From positions 1 to 39,699 of the IMG/VR virus record IMGVR_UViG_3300028072_000012: 39,699 nucleotides of DNA. The stretch is one strand, 5' to 3'. Of this stretch, positions 33,348 to 39,699 are shown in pieces. The translations under genes and the position numbers were made by a program. Position 1 is the stretch's first letter, and every line of letters starts with the position of its first letter. Under the pieces are notes generated by a model, which was not told the origin of the DNA, ran no database searches, and worked only from the letters and a program-made list of their open reading frames with translations. The DNA comes from a virus. Taxonomy: Duplodnaviria; Caudoviricetes.

Positions 33348-34664
33348 TTAGTAGGTAGGCGTGGCATTCACAAGCGTGATCGTGCCCGGCCCGAGCCCCC
33401 CGGAACCCCCGACATCCGTAGAGTTCGCGATGCCCTCAAAGCTGTTCGCATAACCGAACAGCGCCTTGGAACGCATCGGCTTCGCCTTAACATTCGCAAG
33501 CTGCGACATAGTGAACGTCAAAGTAAACGGAGTACCCGAGTTCGGGATACCCGAGTTCGTCACAACAATGGTCATCGGAGCCTGCGCATTCAGCAGCATG
33601 TAGTCCAGCGGCCACTCATTGATGGTCGGGTCATACTGAATCGTGCCGTCCACATTCAAAGGACCACGGGCGATAACCAGCGGCGTCTGAGTACCCTGGA
33701 CAGTCCAGTAAACCTGCGTCTGCCGCTTGAACGAAACACTGAACTCGCCGACATCCGTCATAACCTGGTTGCCGCCAGGACCGATAGTTGAAACAGTGCT
33801 GTTCCAGTTAGGAATCGGCCGGCTATTAGTCGTTATGTTCGTAGGGGCGGAAGCAGAAGGCCATGGCTGCGACAGGAACGAGTCACCCGACATCTTGATG
33901 CCCAACAACTGCTCCGCATTCCCGGAGAAGTCAAGCTGCTTCAGAACCGAGAACGGGTAGTACCTTGCACCGAACGGGTTAGTCGCCGCAGTACCGTATG
34001 TTGCGTTCGTGAACGTGCTGACAATGTTAGTGACGTCAGTGAACGTATGCGTCGGCGGCTGAGCACCGAAAGCGCCGCCATACCCGAGCTGTGAGTTCAG
34101 TGCCGCGAACTTATGCGTATACGGGGAAGTAACAGTATTGACAGTCGCGGCAGCATGCGCGAACCGCAGCGGGTTGTTAGTGAAACCGACAACATTCGAT
34201 GCAGCCGTCGAAGAGATAATCACCACTTCAGCGCTGGCACCCGTGCCGATCTGGATAACCGCACCTGCCGTGTACTGCGTCGGAGGCGCAGACGCCAGCG
34301 TCATCAGCGTGTTCCCGATCGGCGCAGTCGACGCCGACATGGTAGCCGCATTCGTAGGGGTGCTGCCGATCGTGGACAGGTCCCCGAACACGTTGTCGAA
34401 GAAGTACCCGTGGCTGTCCAGGAAGTTCGGGCCGCCGAACGAGAACGTCGCCGACTCAACACCGAGCGTCTCGTAGAACAGGTCAGTCATCGCGCCACGG
34501 ATCGACTTGTCCTGAAGGAATTTAGGCGTGTCCTCAGGCTCAAACGAGCCCTGCTCCAGCGGATGAGTGATAACAGGAAGAACCGGGACGCCGCCGGTCA
34601 GTTCCCGCGCAACACCCAGCCAGGTGAGGACGCCAGGATAGATGTTGGGACCGCCAAGGGCCAC
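33348..34664 (-). CDS. major tail (tube) protein
   Basis: 438 aa beta-rich, upstream of the chaperone pair; WLGVARE N-terminus; GAGGAG RBS. Confidence 0.8.
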   Translation of the reverse strand: MALGGPNIYPGVLTWLGVARELTGGVPVLPVITHPLEQGSFEPEDTPKFLQDKSIRGAMTDLFYETLGVESATFSFGGPNFLDSHGYFFDNVFGDLSTIGSTPTNAATMSASTAPIGNTLMTLASAPPTQYTAGAVIQIGTGASAEVVIISSTAASNVVGFTNNPLRFAHAAATVNTVTSPYTHKFAALNSQLGYGGAFGAQPPTHTFTDVTNIVSTFTNATYGTAATNPFGARYYPFSVLKQLDFSGNAEQLLGIKMSGDSFLSQPWPSASAPTNITTNSRPIPNWNSTVSTIGPGGNQVMTDVGEFSVSFKRQTQVYWTVQGTQTPLVIARGPLNVDGTIQYDPTINEWPLDYMLLNAQAPMTIVVTNSGIPNSGTPFTLTFTMSQLANVKAKPMRSKALFGYANSFEGIANSTDVGGSGGLGPGTITLVNATPTY

Positions 34665-34690
34665 ACAGCTCCTCTGCTAAAACGTAAACG

Positions 34691-34948
34691 TCAGCCCTCG
34701 TCAGGCTGACTGTTCTTCTTCCCGGCGTCCTCCGCCGGAATCTCAACCGGGGCCTTCACTTCACGGCCGGTACCTGCCGAGAACCGGCCGTCAGTCGGCA
34801 CCGCAGGCCGCGCAACCGCATGCCCGTTATTCGGAACAAAGTTGTAACTCTGCCCCGGCACGCAAACCAGTGTCTTACCCGTAGCCGTGTCAATGTAATC
34901 CATGTAGGTCATGGTCACATGACCGTTGAAAACAGTAGCCATAACCAT
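34691..34948 (-). CDS. hypothetical virion-module protein
   Basis: GGAGG RBS; in structural operon. Confidence 0.7.
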   Translation of the reverse strand: MVMATVFNGHVTMTYMDYIDTATGKTLVCVPGQSYNFVPNNGHAVARPAVPTDGRFSAGTGREVKAPVEIPAEDAGKKNSQPDEG

Positions 34949-34952
34949 CCTC

Positions 34953-35468
34953 CTACGCGTTGATGATTTCCCAGACCGGCAAAGAAATCAGGCAGTCATA
35001 CCGTATCCAGCGCTCATCCTCCAGCGCCTCAATACCCGGCGTCCACCGCATCTCCTCCCCCACGTTATAAATCGTGGAGGTAATATTCAGGTTCGGGTCA
35101 GTCACATACGCCGGGTTCGGCTGACTGTACCGCAGCGCCGCCAGGATGGCATCAATCATCCCAGGGAAAATCGGGTCAGACTGCTGCGCATTGTTAATCG
35201 ACATCCACGTCAGGTAGATGTCCATGTTATGCATCAGCCCTTTAGTGCCCGACGCGGTGCCCTTCCCCGTATTACGGGGCACCGTCCCCCCCAGACGGTC
35301 CGACCTGTTCTCCTCCGACGGCGCAGGCCAGATGTAAATCGCCGGAATCCTCGCCTGCACCCGGGGGTCAGGGGGAGTCACGAACGCGTTCGCCGCTGGC
35401 TGCCCGTACGGCATCTGCAACCCGTCCAGCAGCTGCAGCAGGTAAGACTGGACCGACACAATCGGCAC
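34953..35468 (-). CDS. putative tail terminator protein
   Basis: Size and position upstream of tail tube; PAIYIWP strand. Confidence 0.6.
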   Translation of the reverse strand: MPIVSVQSYLLQLLDGLQMPYGQPAANAFVTPPDPRVQARIPAIYIWPAPSEENRSDRLGGTVPRNTGKGTASGTKGLMHNMDIYLTWMSINNAQQSDPIFPGMIDAILAALRYSQPNPAYVTDPNLNITSTIYNVGEEMRWTPGIEALEDERWIRYDCLISLPVWEIINA

Positions 35469-35536
35469 TTATCCCAGCCTCCCCCGGGCAATAGTCACCC
35501 AGCCGTGATTATACGCCACCACTAAACAGACCGCAT

Positions 35537-35902
35537 TTACCGTGCCCGCCAAGCCGTCTGAGCCTTCTGCGCCCGCCCGGCCTTCTGCGCATGAGCTGCC
35601 TTCATGATCCGCCCCGACGGCTTGTACGCAACCTTCTTCTTCTTGTTGACGCTGGTCGACACCGCATGCCGGGTCTTCTTCTGACAGACCACCTTGTGCT
35701 TCAGATGATGTATCAGCTGCTTCTTCGTCTTCCTCTTCACCGGCTTGTGCACCAGCTTGTTGATCTTCTTCTTCGCTTTCACCTTCGGCGCAGGCTGATG
35801 CACCAGCTTATGCACCACAGCCTTCTTCTTCGCCTTGCCCTTCACTGGCGTCTTCTGCTTCACATGCACAATGCGCCGGGTAGGAGCCCGCCCGCAAGAC
35901 AT
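35537..35902 (-). CDS. highly basic Lys/His-rich protein
   Basis: KKKAVVHKLVHQP / KKKINKLVHKP repeats; coupled to upstream gene. Confidence 0.65.
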   Translation of the reverse strand: MSCGRAPTRRIVHVKQKTPVKGKAKKKAVVHKLVHQPAPKVKAKKKINKLVHKPVKRKTKKQLIHHLKHKVVCQKKTRHAVSTSVNKKKKVAYKPSGRIMKAAHAQKAGRAQKAQTAWRAR

Positions 35903-36888
35903 CAGATCGTCCTTCTGTACGGATGCAAAAGCAGCTCAGCTTCAGCATTCAACGTGGAAATATCCTGATCCGAACTCGCCGAATGCCCCCCGATCGAATG
36001 AATCGTCGTGGACGTAGCCCCGCGCACCAGCGCCTGAGCACAGCAAAACAAAATCGCCGCCTGCTCAACAGCCGCAGGAATAGTCGTGATCAGCGTCCCC
36101 GCCTGATGCGGGTAAACCGTCGGCGAAGCGAGAGTCAGCGTCCCCGGGCCGGAAGTCGTAGACGACGCCGTAATATGAACAGACTCCTGCCGGCCCGCAT
36201 CCTTGATAACACCAGTCGCACCCGTAATGGTCGTCTGATAGTTAGACACCGCCCACCCGGTCGTGTCATTCACCGTGATCGTGGACGCCCCAGCACTCGC
36301 AGTAACGGAAATCTCCGAATGCGGCCACCCGTTAATATAAGAAATCTGAAGAATGTACCCGTTCCTGCCCAGGCACCTGTCCACATACCCCGGAGCGATC
36401 AGGATCGCCTGAGACCCGTTCGCATCACTCGCCGGCGCAACACTGTTATACAACCCGAAAGGCGGGTACTCCGGCTCCGCGAACCCGGCCGGGAGCGTCA
36501 CCCAGTTCCTCGGCCACGACGCATTCGCAGACACCTGCACCTTCGTCACACCCAGGATCGGCCACCGCGCCATAATGCACCGCGTATTCGACCCCGCAGT
36601 CCCCCAGTACGGAGTAGCAGTACCACCCCCCGCAGCAGGTCCCACCGTCACCCGGTAATCAGGCCCGTGCAGAACCTCAGTATCCAGTGTCGCCCGCAAA
36701 GTCTGATTGCAATATTGATCGGCCATTGCCGTCGCCCGCTGGCACAGATTCCACAGCTCAGACGCATTCGCAGCAGGATCAAACGTCGGAGTAGCCGGGA
36801 TAGTCGAGAAGTCAATTCCGGTAGGTGCGTTCTGAAGGATCTCAGGAGTGACATACGGGATCTGGATCAGCGGCAACGGCGTAGTCAC
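35902..36888 (-). CDS. putative head-to-tail adaptor
   Basis: YVTPE...ATAMADQYCNQTL N-terminus; IPAAVEQAAI...LLLHPYRR C-terminus. Confidence 0.7.
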   Translation of the reverse strand: MTTPLPLIQIPYVTPEILQNAPTGIDFSTIPATPTFDPAANASELWNLCQRATAMADQYCNQTLRATLDTEVLHGPDYRVTVGPAAGGGTATPYWGTAGSNTRCIMARWPILGVTKVQVSANASWPRNWVTLPAGFAEPEYPPFGLYNSVAPASDANGSQAILIAPGYVDRCLGRNGYILQISYINGWPHSEISVTASAGASTITVNDTTGWAVSNYQTTITGATGVIKDAGRQESVHITASSTTSGPGTLTLASPTVYPHQAGTLITTIPAAVEQAAILFCCAQALVRGATSTTIHSIGGHSASSDQDISTLNAEAELLLHPYRRTI

Positions 36889-36927
36889 ATCGGCTCCTGT
36901 GATAAAGTCAACGCTACCCGACCAGTA

Positions 36928-37000
36928 GGTACGGCAGGTTTGGCATGGCTGGGTTCGATAAGGTTGGGCGAGGTCGGGTGCTGTCAGGTAAGGCAGGTTC
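36928..37000 (+). repeat. Array 3: single orphan GGY-NN unit (11 pentamers)
   Basis: GGTAC GGCA, 11 pentamers at 36937-36991, then GGCA GGTTC; intergenic, antisense to structural genes. Confidence 0.9.
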
Positions 37001-37191
37001 TAAATGCCTCCGCGTTCATTAGCAGCGCGGAGGCATTTAGAACAATAATACGCCCCATCCACCCATTTCGAATGTTTCGCGCAAACATCGTCACCGCAGC
37101 GAGCGCACTGCGCAATAGGTGCGGAAATCCGCGCTGACCTGCCCCTTTTCGGTCCTCCGCACCTGCGGCACAACCCTGCAGCTCTCGACAA
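37000..37191 (-). CDS. small zinc-finger protein
   Basis: CRRC, CARC, CAKH, CSKC; GGGAG RBS. Confidence 0.65.
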   Translation of the reverse strand: MSRAAGLCRRCGGPKRGRSARISAPIAQCARCGDDVCAKHSKWVDGAYYCSKCLRAANERGGI

Positions 37192-37200
37192 AAGCTCCCC

Positions 37201-37851
37201 CTATGCGATACCCAAACGCGCCATCATCTGCGCTTTTGTCCCGTAATCCGGCAAACCCCGCTCCTTGCACCGCCGCTTCAGCTCCGCCAGGCTCAACTTC
37301 ACCGGCTCCGCAGCGGGCAGCTCAGCGGCTGCTTCCCGTCCGCCCATCGGCTTGCTGCATTCAGAGCAGTATTTACTGCCTGCAGCGTTCTCATGCCCGG
37401 ACGGGCACTCAGTGGTGCCTTTCAGCACACGAGGATCAAAATTCTGCTCCAGCAGCCACATTGCATTCGCCGGGATATCAATTCCCGCCGCCCTGGCTGC
37501 CGCGAGAGCCTTAATCCATTCCAGCTCTTCATTTCCGAGCTGCTTGCGTCTGCGCAAGTGCACACGCTCATCCGGCGTTTCAGGAATGGATTCCTCAGTT
37601 GCGGACCAGCAGGGATCAGTGTCCGCGACTCTTTCTTGTGTCGGCAGAAGGCCAACTTCTTTGTCGCCAGGTGTGTACTGGAGGCGGGTGCGTCCGCCGC
37701 CTTTCAAATACGTTTCACAAGGCTGGCAGTCCAGCCGCCAGACTTTAGCGGGTGCACCGTTGCGGACGGGTCGGGTGTGCGTGGTGCCGCACCCTCCGGA
37801 CGCAACCGGCACAGCGACGCTCATCAGGTCACTGCGGGCGTGCAGGGACAT
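37201..37851 (-). CDS. zinc-ribbon + SAP-domain protein
   Basis: CPSGHEN..SKYCSEC ribbon; C-terminal LSLAELKRRCKERGLPDYGTKAQMMARL; GAGGAG RBS at ATG 37851. Confidence 0.75.
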   Translation of the reverse strand: MSLHARSDLMSVAVPVASGGCGTTHTRPVRNGAPAKVWRLDCQPCETYLKGGGRTRLQYTPGDKEVGLLPTQERVADTDPCWSATEESIPETPDERVHLRRRKQLGNEELEWIKALAAARAAGIDIPANAMWLLEQNFDPRVLKGTTECPSGHENAAGSKYCSECSKPMGGREAAAELPAAEPVKLSLAELKRRCKERGLPDYGTKAQMMARLGIA

Positions 37852-37873
37852 GCGCTCCTCCTCAAAGAGAGTG

Positions 37874-37903
37874 TTGACAAAATCCCCGACTCGGGTGTAT
37901 GAT
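37874..37903 (+). promoter_or_regulatory. sigma70/SigA-type promoter
   Basis: TTGACA-18 nt-TATGAT; TCCCCGA/TCGGGGA inverted repeat straddles the -10. Confidence 0.7.
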
Positions 37904-37925
37904 TCGGGGAGTAGAAAGGATGAAC

Positions 37926-38165
37926 ATGAAACTGGAAATCCAAGACTGGGACGACCGCAGCGGGCAACCCGAACCAGGACCCCAGTCATTCGGCTACGTC
38001 TACTTCAGTGACGGCTCACGCGCCGGCTACTCACCAGGCGTCGAAGACCAGCCGCCCATCTGGGAACCCCGCACCAACGGCGGCGGCCAGTACCGTCCCA
38101 TCACCCGCAAGCACATCACCCTCGCAGCCGAGTTCCTCGCCTCAAAAGGCATCCTGGAGGGATAA
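37926..38165 (+). CDS. hypothetical protein
   Basis: AAAGGA RBS downstream of promoter. Confidence 0.7.
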   Translation: MKLEIQDWDDRSGQPEPGPQSFGYVYFSDGSRAGYSPGVEDQPPIWEPRTNGGGQYRPITRKHITLAAEFLASKGILEG

Positions 38166-38168
38166 GCC

Positions 38169-38546
38169 ATGGCAGTTACCGTCACTCAGCGTTCCGTCAT
38201 CAACCAGGACGTACCGTCCAGGCTCCTCGCCGTCACGCTTCCCCCAGGAACAACCTTGGAACGATTCGTAGAGCAGGAAACAGACAGGCTGAAGGCCCTG
38301 TACCCGAAGCCGAAAACCCAGTCCGTGGAACTCGGGCCGGAACTCGCAGAAATGCTCCAGATCGCCCGGTATAACCGGAACTACTGGGAAGAGCGATACC
38401 AGCTGGTCAAGCTGGCATTGCGGGAAGAACTCGGCTTCGCCAAGAAAGGCACCAGCGGCGGAGTTCCATTCGTTGACCGCAGGCAATTCCCGGTAACCGG
38501 ATACGAAGTCGAGCCTTTCGAGCAAGACGGAATCTACCCGCTGTAA
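38169..38546 (+). CDS. hypothetical protein
   Basis: GGAGG RBS; operon-like spacing. Confidence 0.75.
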   Translation: MAVTVTQRSVINQDVPSRLLAVTLPPGTTLERFVEQETDRLKALYPKPKTQSVELGPELAEMLQIARYNRNYWEERYQLVKLALREELGFAKKGTSGGVPFVDRRQFPVTGYEVEPFEQDGIYPL

Positions 38547-38559
38547 ATAGGAGCAACCA

Positions 38560-39321
38560 GTGAAGGCAAGTAAGAAAGTCGTCGGCATCATTGCCGGCAC
38601 CGCAATCGTCACGGCACTCGCCGGGGCAGGAACAGCCGCATACGCTGCTGCCAATAGCCCGCGCACCGTCCAGACCCTCTACTCATGTGAGAATTCAACA
38701 AGAACCCTCAAAACCGCACTCACTGAGCACAGCCAATCATGCCCCGTCGGCATGAACCTCGTCCAGCTCAACACCGGCAGTAAGGCCGGCGGCCAAGGCC
38801 CCCAGGGACCCGCAGGACCCCAGGGAATCCAGGGCCCGAAGGGTGACACCGGCGCAGCCGGCACCAACGCCCAGGCGCTCCCCTACGGCATCGGCCAGGT
38901 ACTCGTAGACCGTGGAACCGGCCCCGCAGTCTGGGAAACACTCAGCACCACACTCGGCTCGCCAGCCGGCGACACCACTGGCGGATCATTCCGGTTCACC
39001 TGCAAGACCACCGAATGCCAAGTCAGCGCTAAGGCATACGCCACCGCCACCGGCTACCAGGCTTACCCGCGCATCATCCTGCACAAGCAGCTTGCTGACG
39101 GGGCCATGGCCTACTGCGAGTACGCAGACGGCGCGGACAACAACGGATCATCAGATCCAGTCGGGACCACCGCCACAGCGGTCACGCTCGGTATCGGCGG
39201 AACCCTGGACTGCGGCAGTACCCAGGCGTACCCAGCGAACGGTGTCGCCGCTGAAATCACTGTTCCGGCCAGCACCTACTACGACGTGGACGTAACCTGG
39301 ACCTTCACCAAGGTCAGCTAG
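38560..39321 (+). CDS. secreted collagen-like (Gly-X-Y) protein
   Basis: Sec signal ending AYA-A; GPQGPAGPQGIQGPKGDTGAAG; AGGAG RBS. Confidence 0.8.
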   Translation: MKASKKVVGIIAGTAIVTALAGAGTAAYAAANSPRTVQTLYSCENSTRTLKTALTEHSQSCPVGMNLVQLNTGSKAGGQGPQGPAGPQGIQGPKGDTGAAGTNAQALPYGIGQVLVDRGTGPAVWETLSTTLGSPAGDTTGGSFRFTCKTTECQVSAKAYATATGYQAYPRIILHKQLADGAMAYCEYADGADNNGSSDPVGTTATAVTLGIGGTLDCGSTQAYPANGVAAEITVPASTYYDVDVTWTFTKVS

Positions 39322-39448
39322 GTTTCGTCTGATCAGGCCACCGTCCGGGCGGTTTCCGGTCCCCATTGTTGAGGGTCACGGCCGGGTAAGGGCACTCATG
39401 ATCCCAGGGGCCTGGGGGAGGTGCACCTGCCGCCCGGACGGTCTCAAA

Positions 39449-39699
39449 GGTACGGCAGGTAAGGCGAGGCAGGGTCTGTTATGGCTGGGTTCGGCAGGTA
39501 AGGTGTGGCACGGCTTGGCTTGGTACGGCAATGCAGGTTAGGTGAGGTCTGGCCTGGTGCGGTTCTGCATCGTATGGTCGGGCAGGTATGGCGCGGATCG
39601 GCATGTCACCGCAAGGTGTGGTTTGGCAGGTATGGCACGTCACGGCACGGCACAGCATGGTGTGGCACGGCAGGTTAGGCCGGGCGAGGTGAGGCGGGG
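39449..39699 (+). repeat. Array 4: GGY-NN array, 5 complete units plus 1 truncated by the window end
   Basis: GGTAC GGCA start; units of 39,39,49,44,44 nt from 39458, delimiters GGCA/TGCA. Confidence 0.93.

Larger units (their letters stand above)
1..39699. mobile_element. Tailed bacteriophage genome segment (likely actinophage siphovirus)
   Basis: Tail tube, frameshifting tail chaperones, tape measure, tail proteins, endolysin/holin-like genes, large tRNA cluster; high GC; no host housekeeping operon. Confidence 0.93.

Noticed and set aside
14893-36854. Numerous + strand ORFs opposite the tail genes
   Set aside because: Antisense shadows of GC3-rich minus-strand genes, without RBS or recognisable motifs
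37861-37945. Self-target of full-length array units at this promoter
   Set aside because: A manual NN-x-NN-x comparison on the + strand found no convincing match; an exhaustive search was not possible by hand

Overview
This is a 39.7-kb segment of a large, high-GC tailed phage, probably a siphovirus of an actinomycete host. Bases 1-8.0 kb (+) hold a cluster of 21 tRNA genes, found by manual folding. They include two 8/4-fold tRNA-Ser and a tRNA-Ile(UAU), and are interleaved with small ORFs, an HNH nuclease, a LAGLIDADG-like ORF and a ribosomal protein bL12 homolog. Bases 10.3-37.9 kb (-) hold the lysis cassette and tail module: endolysin, holin-like proteins, a 2447-aa glycosidase-bearing tail protein, tape measure, glycosyltransferase, frameshifting tail chaperones and the tail tube. 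The main result is at 8.0-10.3 kb (+). A strong promoter drives a stand-alone RAMP/Cas7-like gene and a coupled partner gene. They are followed by a 935-bp non-coding array of 20 units, each made of 4-13 GGY-NN pentamers (fixed triplet, variable dinucleotide) closed by a 4-nt GGCA-type delimiter and bracketed by hairpins. Three more arrays with the same grammar, strand and AGGTACGG start lie at about 11.5, 36.9 and 39.45 kb. The architecture suggests a phage-encoded, non-CRISPR RNA-guided system whose targeting information sits in the interspersed NN dinucleotides. It resembles what I recall being called VIPR; I cannot verify that here. All calls are by eye, with no database searches.
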